A stretch of 64,000 nt of DNA from Candidatus Latescibacterota bacterium (GTDB lineage: Bacteria > Latescibacterota > UBA2968). Every line of letters begins with the position of its first letter. Position 1 is the first letter of the stretch. The notes below the pieces were generated by a model that had not been told where the DNA came from, did not search any database, and worked only from the letters and a program-made list of their open reading frames with translations. Positions 45,409 through 54,286 of this stretch are shown here, one piece after another. The position numbers and the translations under genes were made by a program. The stretch spans positions 1,376,001-1,440,000 of the forward strand of contig OZ220741.1 in NCBI GenBank assembly GCA_965116885.1. Reading direction: 5' to 3'.

Positions 45409-46512
45409 ATGAAAACGGTTTTTTGTGCATTTATTATTTCGTGTATCACATTAACGGGCAGTTTGTTTGCCCAACAATTCAACAGAAAGGAACCGAGTAT
45501 GAAGTATCACATGTACGTCGCTGTATCTAAAGACAAGAAGCTCTTGCGCTATGATATGGACCCCGATACCGGCGACCTCACGCTTATTGAAGAACTTCCC
45601 GCCAAAGGCGGTATTGGTCCGCTTTGTACCGATCCGCAACAAAAATATCTCTACGCGGCTTTGCGCCAGTCCAAAGAGATCGTTACTTACAAAATTGATT
45701 CCGAAACGGGCGCGCTTGAGCATGTTGCCACTGCGCCTTTTGATGGTGGCTCTTGTTATATCAGTACGGATAAAACCGGGCGGTATCTTTTTTCTGCGTA
45801 TTACGGCGAGGGCGCGGTCGCTATCAATGCGATTGACAAAGATGGGGCTGTGCTTGCGCCACATCGCCAGTGGATTCCCACGGATGAACACGCGCATTGT
45901 TTTTTCCCCGATCCCTCCAATCGTTTTTTGTTTGTGCCGCATACGATGCCGGTCAATGCTATTTATCAATTCACTTTTGATGAAACCACAGGTGAGTTGG
46001 CGCCTAATGAGGTAGTGAAAGTCGATGCGGTTTATGGCGAGGGTCCGCGGCATTACGAGTTTCACCTGGCTTTAGATGTGGTTTATGTTGCGAATGAAAA
46101 TGGGTCCAGTGTTACGGTGTATGATTTTAACCCGGATAACGGAACGCTTGCACCCCGCCAAACTCTTTCAACGCTGCCAGAGGGGTTTACAGAGCGCAAT
46201 ACCTGTGCCCAAATCCACATACATCCTTCGGGCAAGTTTCTGTATATATCCAATCGCGGGCACAATAGTATCGCGGGCTTCGCTGTGCAGGATGATGGTT
46301 CTCTCACGTCACTGGGGCAAACGCCTACAGAACCCATCCCCCGTCCATTCAATCTCGATCCCGAAGGCAATTTCCTCTTCGCAGCGGGTCAACAGTCAGA
46401 CAAGATGGCCGGGTATCGCATCGATACGGAGACGGGCGGTCTCACGCCGCTCAAGGTTTATGATGTGGGCGAACAGCCGATGTGGATTATGATTCTCAAA
46501 TTGGGGAAATAA
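45409..46512 (+). CDS. Lactonase family protein (6-phosphogluconolactonase YbhE-like beta-propeller)
   Basis: HAH, GPRH, YVANE, YISNRGHNSI, PR.F; alternative start at 45499. Confidence 0.9.
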   Translation: MKTVFCAFIISCITLTGSLFAQQFNRKEPSMKYHMYVAVSKDKKLLRYDMDPDTGDLTLIEELPAKGGIGPLCTDPQQKYLYAALRQSKEIVTYKIDSETGALEHVATAPFDGGSCYISTDKTGRYLFSAYYGEGAVAINAIDKDGAVLAPHRQWIPTDEHAHCFFPDPSNRFLFVPHTMPVNAIYQFTFDETTGELAPNEVVKVDAVYGEGPRHYEFHLALDVVYVANENGSSVTVYDFNPDNGTLAPRQTLSTLPEGFTERNTCAQIHIHPSGKFLYISNRGHNSIAGFAVQDDGSLTSLGQTPTEPIPRPFNLDPEGNFLFAAGQQSDKMAGYRIDTETGGLTPLKVYDVGEQPMWIMILKLGK

Positions 46513-46530
46513 AAGGGGCGAGAAGCGAGC

Positions 46531-46587
46531 GGGACAGCACAGGGCCGTCCCCTACGGTGGTGTTAGGGCGCCCCCCTGTGGTTGCCC
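46531..46587. repeat. Degenerate GTAG-type REP doublet
   Basis: GGGACAGCACAGGGCCGTCCCCTAC ... TAGGGCGCCCCCCTGTGGTTGCCC. Confidence 0.75.
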
Positions 46588-46600
46588 GGTTGAGGCTGTT

Positions 46601-47983
46601 ATGGAATCGAAATCCTTCGACAAAATTCTCATTGTTGACGATGACCGCGATGTTCTGGTGGCGGCGCAACTCTTGCTTAAGCAGTATGCCGAACGCGTTG
46701 ATACCGAAGCCAATCCCAATCGCATTCCCGGTTTGTTGCAAACTGATACTTATGATGTGATTTTGCTCGATATGAATTTTGAACAGGACGCCACGTCGGG
46801 CAAAGAGGGGTTTCACTGGCTGAGTCGCATTCTGGAGATTGATTCTTCGGCGGTGGTGATTCTCATTACGGCTTATGGTGGCGTTGAGACTGCTGTGCAA
46901 GCTATCAAAGAGGGTGCGACGGATTTTGTGCTCAAGCCGTGGCAAAATGAAAAGTTGCTCGCGACCCTTTCTTCTGCTGTGCGGTTGCGACGGTCGCGGC
47001 TCGAGGTCAATCAGTTGCGCGCCGAACAAGAACAGCTTCGCGCCGATCTCGACGGTCAATTTCCCGATATGGTGGGTACATCGCGTGCCATGAGCGAGGT
47101 CTTTGATACCATTCAAAAAGTGGGTGCTACCGATGCTAATGTGCTCATTTTGGGCGAGAATGGAACGGGGAAAGATGCTGTTGCCCGCGCCCTGCACCGT
47201 CGATCCCGGCGTGCTGCAGAGGCGTTTATCCGCGTTGACCTCGGTGCTGTTTCAGAAAGCCTTTTTGAAAGCGAACTCTTTGGGCACAAAAAAGGTGCTT
47301 TTACAGATGCGAGAGAAGACCGCGCAGGGCGTTTTGAGATCGCGTCGGGAGGCACACTTTTTTTAGATGAAATTGGCAATCTCTCACTGCCGCTTCAGGC
47401 AAAGCTGCTCACAGCACTTGAAAATCGCACGGTGATTCGCCTGGGTACCAACCGACCGATCGATATTGATGTGCGTTTGATCTGCGCGACCAATATGCCC
47501 ATTCACGATATGGTGGCCCGCAATGATTTTCGGCAGGATCTTCTGTATCGCATCAATACTGTTGAACTCCATCTGCCGCCTCTGCGCGATCGCCTTGACG
47601 ATATTCCCCTGCTGGTTGAGGTGTTTCTCGAGACGTACGGTCAGAAGTACAATAAACCGGGTATTGCCATTCAGTCAGCAGCACTTGAGCATCTGAAAAA
47701 TTACACATGGCCGGGTAATATCCGCGAGTTGCAGCACGCGATTGAACGGGCTGTGATTATGAATGAAAATGGTATTCTTAAACCGCTGGACTTTCCGCTC
47801 AGCGTTTCCGAACCCGCCGCAGGTGACGATATTCATTTTGACGACTTCAATCTCGAATACGTGGAGAAAACCGTTATTCGCAAAGCGATTGAAAAACACC
47901 GCGGCAATATCAGTCACGCAGCGCGTGAACTCGGTCTTACGCGTAGCGCGCTTTATCGCAGGCTCGAAAAGCATGGCTTATAA
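46601..47983 (+). CDS. Sigma-54-dependent response regulator (REC-AAA+-Fis HTH)
   Basis: IVDDD, LLDMNF, GENGTGK, ESELFGHKKGAFTDA, WPGNIREL, LYRRLEK. Confidence 0.96.
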   Translation: MESKSFDKILIVDDDRDVLVAAQLLLKQYAERVDTEANPNRIPGLLQTDTYDVILLDMNFEQDATSGKEGFHWLSRILEIDSSAVVILITAYGGVETAVQAIKEGATDFVLKPWQNEKLLATLSSAVRLRRSRLEVNQLRAEQEQLRADLDGQFPDMVGTSRAMSEVFDTIQKVGATDANVLILGENGTGKDAVARALHRRSRRAAEAFIRVDLGAVSESLFESELFGHKKGAFTDAREDRAGRFEIASGGTLFLDEIGNLSLPLQAKLLTALENRTVIRLGTNRPIDIDVRLICATNMPIHDMVARNDFRQDLLYRINTVELHLPPLRDRLDDIPLLVEVFLETYGQKYNKPGIAIQSAALEHLKNYTWPGNIRELQHAIERAVIMNENGILKPLDFPLSVSEPAAGDDIHFDDFNLEYVEKTVIRKAIEKHRGNISHAARELGLTRSALYRRLEKHGL

Positions 47984-49316
47984 ACACTTTCGCCTGATAT
48001 GTATTTTGCGCGTGGCCCTTCTGTGCGTTACCACCTGTCTTTTCTTTTATTGTCTTTTTTTTAGTACATACTACGCCACGCTTGCTATTATTGGTGCGTG
48101 TGTGCTCTATCAGACCTGGGCACTTATACAATATGTGGAGCGCACGCAGCGCGATCTCACGCGATTTTTGCAGGCGATTCGCTATGAGGATTTTACCCAA
48201 TCTTTTACGGGTGCCGGGTTGGGGTCGGCGTATAACAATCTCAAGGATGCGTTTAACGAGGTGCTCGAGGCTTTTCGCAAGACGCGCGCAGAGAGAGAAG
48301 AGAATTTTCAGTATCTCCAGACCGTTGTCCAGCATGTGGGCATTGGTCTGATTTGCTATACGCCCGATGGTCGTATTGAATTGATGAATACGGCGGCGCA
48401 GCGTTTGCTTCGCAAGCCCCATATGCGCGATGTGCGCGAATTGGAGACGGTTAGTAAGGCGTTTTCAGAGGCGCTGCTCAAACTCCGTTCGGGCGATAAG
48501 ACGTTGGTCAAAATTCAGGACGAGGACGAATTGCTCCAGATTATCGTCTATGCGACCGAACTGCGGATGCGGGGCGAGTCTTTTATTCTGGCGTCTATTC
48601 AGAATATCCAGAGCGAACTTGAAGAGCAGGAGATGGAGGCATGGCAAAAGCTGATTCGGGTGTTGACCCACGAGATCATGAATTCTATCACGCCCATTTC
48701 TTCTCTGGCTTCCACAGTGCGCGATCTTTTGCCAGATTCTGAGCGGGCTTCCTCGCTTGATCCCGATACGCTGCCCGATGTTCACACGGCTCTGGAAACG
48801 ATTCAGTCGCGCAGCGAAGGGCTGCTCCATTTTGTCGAGGCGTATCGCCAGCTTACGAATATATCGCGTCCCGATTTTCAAATTTTTCAGGTTTCTGAGC
48901 TTTTTGCTCGCGTTGTGTTTCTGATGCAGGGTGAGTGCGATAAGAGTGGCATTGCTCTTCATACGGCGATTGATCCCAAGACGCTTGAGCTTACCGCCGA
49001 TCCCGATCTCATCGAGCAGGTGTTGATCAATTTGATGCGAAATGCCGTGCAAGCTCTTGCAGGTCGTTCCAATGCCCGCATGGATCTCTCGGCACAACTC
49101 GATGGACGAGGCCGGGTTGTCATCCGCGTGCAGGACAATGGGCCAGGTATTTTGGAAGATGTGCAGGAGCGGATTTTTATTCCGTTTTTTACGACCAAAC
49201 GCGATGGGTCGGGTATTGGTCTCGCGCTTTCCAGACAGATCATGCGCGTTCATCGCGGTACGATAAGTGTTCAGTCCAAGCCGGAAGAAGAGACTGTTTT
49301 TACACTGAGGTTTTGA
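47973..49316 (+). CDS. Membrane sensor histidine kinase (NtrY-like)
   Basis: Two TM, PAS-like region, LTHEIMNS H-box, INLMRNA, DNGPG, FFTTK, GSGIGL. Confidence 0.93.
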   Translation: MAYKHFRLICILRVALLCVTTCLFFYCLFFSTYYATLAIIGACVLYQTWALIQYVERTQRDLTRFLQAIRYEDFTQSFTGAGLGSAYNNLKDAFNEVLEAFRKTRAEREENFQYLQTVVQHVGIGLICYTPDGRIELMNTAAQRLLRKPHMRDVRELETVSKAFSEALLKLRSGDKTLVKIQDEDELLQIIVYATELRMRGESFILASIQNIQSELEEQEMEAWQKLIRVLTHEIMNSITPISSLASTVRDLLPDSERASSLDPDTLPDVHTALETIQSRSEGLLHFVEAYRQLTNISRPDFQIFQVSELFARVVFLMQGECDKSGIALHTAIDPKTLELTADPDLIEQVLINLMRNAVQALAGRSNARMDLSAQLDGRGRVVIRVQDNGPGILEDVQERIFIPFFTTKRDGSGIGLALSRQIMRVHRGTISVQSKPEEETVFTLRF

Positions 49317-49321
49317 TTTTT

Positions 49322-51694
49322 ATGATCATTCACGCTCAACCGCGCATTGCGCCGTCTCCGATTGATAATAAGCGCGTTGACCGCAATCCCCCGCCTTTGC
49401 TCTGGCCCGCTGAGAGGGGCGAGGATGTGCGATACGCGGTTCGTTTGTCTCGAGATTCCGGTTTCCCAGAATGCAGTACTATCGCAGAAGAGGGTTTTCC
49501 CTGGGCGATGTTCAATCCGCATCGAGAACTTGCGCCTGGGGTATGGTTTTGGCAATACGGTACGTCAGTAGATGGTGGTCCCTATCGCTGGTCTGATAGG
49601 TATGATTTTGAGATTGCTGGTTCGGTGCGGTGCATGGAGACGCCGTCAGCTACGGATGTGATCGCGGCTTGTCCGAAGGCGCATCCCCGCCTCTGGACAT
49701 TGCCAGGTGGAGTGGGAGACTTCAATGGTCATAGCAAGCGGTTCACGTCGCGTGCGGATCAGTTTCTCGATGCGCCGCTGAAAGACGACGCGATGCCGCC
49801 GGATAAAGGGGAAGACGCGTATCAGGTTTTCAAGTTTCACAGGTGGGGTAGTAAAGCGCTTGCGGGTAGCATGGCTTCGGCGGTGCAGTGGCTTATTCCG
49901 GCTTATTTGCTTTCGGGTGAGGAGTGTTATGCCCGAGAGGCGATACGCCGCGGGCTTCATGTTGCGAGTTGGGATGCAGATGGGTACACCAATCCCGTTA
50001 TTAGCGATTTTGCCGATGGGTCTTGTATGCGGGTTATGGCGGGTGTTTACGATTCTTGTTTTGATCTGCTTACGGAATCCCAGCGAGAATGTCTTCGCGC
50101 GGCAATGGTTGTGCGGGCAGAGCGATTTTTTGGGGAGGAGACGAATAAGATCGAGACGCTGGTTTTTCGCAGCCATTTCTGGCAACATCTGCTTATCGAA
50201 TTTTCCGAGGTTGCTTTTGCGCTTTTGCACGCGTATCCCGATGCGGCACAATGGGTGCGCTTTGTGTACGAGCTGTGGATTGCCCGCTTTCCCCTTATGG
50301 GAGGTGCAGATGGAGGCTGGGCAAATGGCAATTCTTATTTTGGGACGAATGTCGAAACGCTGCTGGTTCTCCCTTCGCGTATTGGAGAACTCAGCGGTGT
50401 GGATCTTTTTCAGGATGCATGGTATAAAAATAGTGCCAGTTTTTTGCTCTATACATGGCCGCCCCATTCGCGGTCGGATGGCTTTGGCGATGGTACGGAA
50501 CTCAAGGCGCGTCCGACGGGTAATCATCTCGATTTTGTAGAGGATATGGCTGTCCGGTTTGACGATCCACATGCTGCGTGGTATGTGGAGCAGTGGCGGG
50601 AAGAGGCAGAAGAGGAGAGCGATCCGTTGCTTATCTGGCATAAGCTCAAAGATCAAAAGGCAAGACCGCGCCCGCGTTCGCCCAGATCATTGCCGCAGGG
50701 CAGGTGTTTTGCCGATGTTGGTATTGTGTCGCTGCATACGGATCTCGCAAATACCCGACGAGATCTCATGGTGGGTATGCGGTCCAGTCCCTATGGCTCG
50801 CTTCTCCATTCTCACGAGTGTCAGAATGGGTTCAATATTTTTTATGGGGGGGAGCCTCTTTTCAGGAATTCGGGGTATTATACGTCTGCGGGTGACGATC
50901 ATTCAAAGCAATGGTACAGAGCTACGCGGGGACACAATTCGGTTCTCATAGATGGCAAGGGCCAGCCCCGGGGTGCTGAGAGCTATGGTGTAATCGCCCG
51001 GTTTCTCGATGGCAAACACATGGCTTACGCGCTCGGCGATGCGTCCCATGCGTATGGGGATGCGGGTCTCAGGCGTTTTCGCCGGCATCTGGTGCTTTTG
51101 AGGCCGGATGTTCTGGTGGTTTACGACGATCTGGAAGCCGATCACGACGCTTGCTGGCAATGGCTTGTACACGGGGATCGGGAAATTACTGCTGATGTTT
51201 GCCATCAGCGGTTACATACTCAAACCCGTACTGCGCGCGGTCAGGTGAATATTTTTGGGTCTCAAAAATCGCATATTGATATCGATACGGTTTTTGATCC
51301 GCCCGCGGTCAACTGGGGGGGTAATAAGACTTTTCTGGGGGAAAATATGGCGGTTTTTCCCGATCAGTGGCACGTTACAGTCTCGCCCGAGAGGGCGTGC
51401 AATATTATGCGTTTTCTCGCTGTTTTTCAGGTGCGTGACCGGGAAGATGACGCGCGGTTTCAAGACCCTGTTCAGAGAGATGGGTGGATTTGTTTGGGCG
51501 ATTGGATTATTCGGGGGGAGTTAAATCCCGATCGTGGTCCCGCGCTTGAGATTCGCCACGAGGATAAGGATATTGCCCTTGGTGTGGATGTCACGGTAGA
51601 TCGAAAACAGCAGAGCGCGTCCGATGCGACGGTGCTTGTTGAACCATCAGGTGTTCAGAGGGCGACGGATACGTTGCCCCAGGCGGCGAGGTGA
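49322..51694 (+). CDS. DUF4962 + heparinase II/III-like polysaccharide lyase
   Basis: HPRL, SHFWQ, DGGWANGNSYF, SSPYGS..HSH..QN, HNSVLIDGKGQ, F.RHLVLL.PD. Confidence 0.85.
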   Translation: MIIHAQPRIAPSPIDNKRVDRNPPPLLWPAERGEDVRYAVRLSRDSGFPECSTIAEEGFPWAMFNPHRELAPGVWFWQYGTSVDGGPYRWSDRYDFEIAGSVRCMETPSATDVIAACPKAHPRLWTLPGGVGDFNGHSKRFTSRADQFLDAPLKDDAMPPDKGEDAYQVFKFHRWGSKALAGSMASAVQWLIPAYLLSGEECYAREAIRRGLHVASWDADGYTNPVISDFADGSCMRVMAGVYDSCFDLLTESQRECLRAAMVVRAERFFGEETNKIETLVFRSHFWQHLLIEFSEVAFALLHAYPDAAQWVRFVYELWIARFPLMGGADGGWANGNSYFGTNVETLLVLPSRIGELSGVDLFQDAWYKNSASFLLYTWPPHSRSDGFGDGTELKARPTGNHLDFVEDMAVRFDDPHAAWYVEQWREEAEEESDPLLIWHKLKDQKARPRPRSPRSLPQGRCFADVGIVSLHTDLANTRRDLMVGMRSSPYGSLLHSHECQNGFNIFYGGEPLFRNSGYYTSAGDDHSKQWYRATRGHNSVLIDGKGQPRGAESYGVIARFLDGKHMAYALGDASHAYGDAGLRRFRRHLVLLRPDVLVVYDDLEADHDACWQWLVHGDREITADVCHQRLHTQTRTARGQVNIFGSQKSHIDIDTVFDPPAVNWGGNKTFLGENMAVFPDQWHVTVSPERACNIMRFLAVFQVRDREDDARFQDPVQRDGWICLGDWIIRGELNPDRGPALEIRHEDKDIALGVDVTVDRKQQSASDATVLVEPSGVQRATDTLPQAAR

Positions 51695-51722
51695 ACCACA
51701 GGAGAAGAATGTGGGAGTAATC

Positions 51723-53024
51723 ATGAAACCAAATATACTCTTTATACACGTCGATCAAATGCACGCCGATGCTATCTCTGCGCTCGGCTGCGAATACGTA
51801 CACACACCTGCTATTGACGAACTCGTGCGCGAGGGCTATACCTTTACCAATGCCTACTGCGCCATGCCCCAGTGCTGTCCGTCGCGGGCTTGTTGGTACA
51901 CGGGGCGCATGTCCAAAGAACACGGCGTTGTCGTCAATTCCTATCCCATGGATCCCAATATTCCAGACCTGGGCCAGTGGCTGCGCCGCGAAGACTATGA
52001 GTGTGTGTACACGGGCAAATGGCACGTTACGGGACGCGATTTACACGCGAGTTTTGATGTGTTGCAACCCCAGCACGGCATGGGCGAACTCAACGACGGC
52101 AATGTCGCCCGATCAGCCGTCGCCTATCTGAAAAATCGCACATCTGATAAACCCTTCTTTTTAAGCGTTGGATTCCTCAACCCGCACGATTGCTGCTTTC
52201 CCGCGATGTCCCACGGCGGTCCGGGCAAATACGCTTTTGCATCGAAAATTGAGGGCGACCTCCCACCTCTTCCGGGCAATTTCGACGACGAATACGCCCG
52301 GCGCGGGCGGCCCAGTACTCGCCATTGGTCGCGCCGCGATTGGCAGTATTACATCTATCAGTATTACCGCATGGTTGAGATGGTTGATGCCGAAGTCGAT
52401 CGCGTTATGCATGCGCTTCGCGCATCGCCTTATGCTGGCAATACCCTCGTCATCTTTGCATCTGACCACGGCGATGGCCTCGGCTTTCACAGCAATACCA
52501 GCAAGGGTTTTCTCGAGGAAGAAGCGTTTCGCGTGCCCACCATTGCGTGGTGGCCCGGGCGTATTCCCGAAGGTGTGCGGGATGCCGAGCATCTCATCTC
52601 CGGCGTCGATATTCCCGCCACGATATGCGACTATGCCGGCGCGCCGCCCTTGCCCAAAACCACTATTGCGCGTTCATTACGTCCCATTTTTGAACGGCGC
52701 GATGTCCCGTGGCGCACCTATGTCATCGGTGAGACTTCTATTGGTCGGCTATCGGTTGCCGTGCGCGATGTGCGCTACAAAAGCATTATTGAACGGGATA
52801 ATACGCGTCTCTACGATCTTCAAAACGATCCGCTGGAGACGCGAGACCTCGCCGATGAAGCGCGTTGTAAAGATATTGTCGCACGCCATCGGGCACATTT
52901 TCGCGAGTACATATCCCAAATTGAAATGTATCCCGAGCCAGAAGTCGATCTCGACAGCCTGAAGCGCGGCAATGTCTATCGCGACTATATCGACTGGTAT
53001 CTTTCCGTTCTCAACGAGGCCTGA
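51723..53024 (+). CDS. Sulfatase
   Basis: KPNILFIHVDQ, CCPSR, GKWH, NPHD, SDHGD. Confidence 0.94.
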   Translation: MKPNILFIHVDQMHADAISALGCEYVHTPAIDELVREGYTFTNAYCAMPQCCPSRACWYTGRMSKEHGVVVNSYPMDPNIPDLGQWLRREDYECVYTGKWHVTGRDLHASFDVLQPQHGMGELNDGNVARSAVAYLKNRTSDKPFFLSVGFLNPHDCCFPAMSHGGPGKYAFASKIEGDLPPLPGNFDDEYARRGRPSTRHWSRRDWQYYIYQYYRMVEMVDAEVDRVMHALRASPYAGNTLVIFASDHGDGLGFHSNTSKGFLEEEAFRVPTIAWWPGRIPEGVRDAEHLISGVDIPATICDYAGAPPLPKTTIARSLRPIFERRDVPWRTYVIGETSIGRLSVAVRDVRYKSIIERDNTRLYDLQNDPLETRDLADEARCKDIVARHRAHFREYISQIEMYPEPEVDLDSLKRGNVYRDYIDWYLSVLNEA

Positions 53025-53028
53025 TCCC

Positions 53029-53733
53029 ATGGCAATTGACACTATTGGCCCCTATGCCGTTCAACCCATTCGCGATTTTCTCTCGGGTTTCACGCCGGTG
53101 CAGAAGTCTGTCGTGGATGCCGATTGCGCCACGCTTACTTACGACATCCTCAACTGGTCTTTCGCGCCCGCGCAACCGCCGCCTTGTCCCAACAGCGTGT
53201 ATGGCTCGGTGACTATTGGGCGCGAACAGGGCGGGGCGTATCGCATCCGCCAGCAAACCCACATTGGCGGCGAACCGACTATTTTTGAGGCGGATGTGAT
53301 TTGCAACCCCGACGATACCCTCAAATCCTGGATGCTGTACACTTATCGCGCCGATGCCGAGGGGGAGCCGATTCCGATTTCTGAACTGCGCGAGAGCTGG
53401 GAAAATAACAAGGGTCATATCCAGTCGCGAGATGGCGCATACAAATACCGCGCAACGCGTCCGGTCTTCAGCCATTGGACACTCCCTCACATTTTGCTAT
53501 GTGGAAGGTACGCCTTGCCAATGGCGTTTGATCTGATTCAAGACCTGTCTCTTTTGCGCCCCAATCACAGGCTCGTTGCCGATGGATCTGTTGAACTCTC
53601 TATCGGTTCTTATACAACTTGTGTTCAATCTGGGGAAGGTATCTTGCCCGTCCACTATTTGCTGGATGAAGATCGCCGACCACAACTCATTACTTTCGGC
53701 CTCATTGCCTGGGCACTCACCGATATTTCATGA
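53029..53733 (+). CDS. Hypothetical protein
   Basis: 234-aa ORF packed between the sulfatase and coaD (ATGA overlap); no recognised motif. Confidence 0.65.
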   Translation: MAIDTIGPYAVQPIRDFLSGFTPVQKSVVDADCATLTYDILNWSFAPAQPPPCPNSVYGSVTIGREQGGAYRIRQQTHIGGEPTIFEADVICNPDDTLKSWMLYTYRADAEGEPIPISELRESWENNKGHIQSRDGAYKYRATRPVFSHWTLPHILLCGRYALPMAFDLIQDLSLLRPNHRLVADGSVELSIGSYTTCVQSGEGILPVHYLLDEDRRPQLITFGLIAWALTDIS

Positions 53734-54233
53734 GGAAAACGATGAAAAAAGCCGTTTATGCCGCCAGCTTTGATCCGGTTACTCACGGCCATTTGTGGGT
53801 TATTCAGGAGGCTGCGGAGCTTTTCGATCAGCTCGTTGTCGCGATTGGGATCAATCCGGATAAGGACTATACGTTTTCACTGGAGGAACGGCTCGATCTG
53901 CTTTGTGAGACTACGTCGCAGTTCGATAATGTCGTTGTCGCCAGTTACGAAAATCAGTTTCTGGTCAATTACGCACGCGGTATTGGCGCAGGTTATATTG
54001 TGCGGGGTATTCGCACGCAGAGCGACTATGAGTTTGAGCGCAGGATGCGGTATATCAATAGCGATCTGGATGATACGATTACGACTATCTTTTTAATGCC
54101 CCCGCGAGAGATTGCCGAGATCAGTTCCAGTTTTATCAAAGGTCTGGTGGGTCCCGATGGCTGGCAAGATGTTGTGAAGCGCTATGTTCCGGAACCTGTT
54201 TTTGAGAAATTTGTCGAGTATTTTGAAGGGTGA
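53730..54233 (+). CDS. coaD: Phosphopantetheine adenylyltransferase
   Basis: [29 protein letters not shown]. Confidence 0.95.
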   Translation: MRKTMKKAVYAASFDPVTHGHLWVIQEAAELFDQLVVAIGINPDKDYTFSLEERLDLLCETTSQFDNVVVASYENQFLVNYARGIGAGYIVRGIRTQSDYEFERRMRYINSDLDDTITTIFLMPPREIAEISSSFIKGLVGPDGWQDVVKRYVPEPVFEKFVEYFEG

Positions 54234-54263
54234 TCCGCAGATGGACGCAGATGGACGCAGATG
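54230..54263. repeat. CGCAGAT decamer tandem repeat
   Basis: GTGATCCGCAGATGGACGCAGATGGACGCAGATG; its TGA is the coaD stop. Confidence 0.75.
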
Positions 54264-54286
54264 ATTCTATGGTCATGGGATACGTC

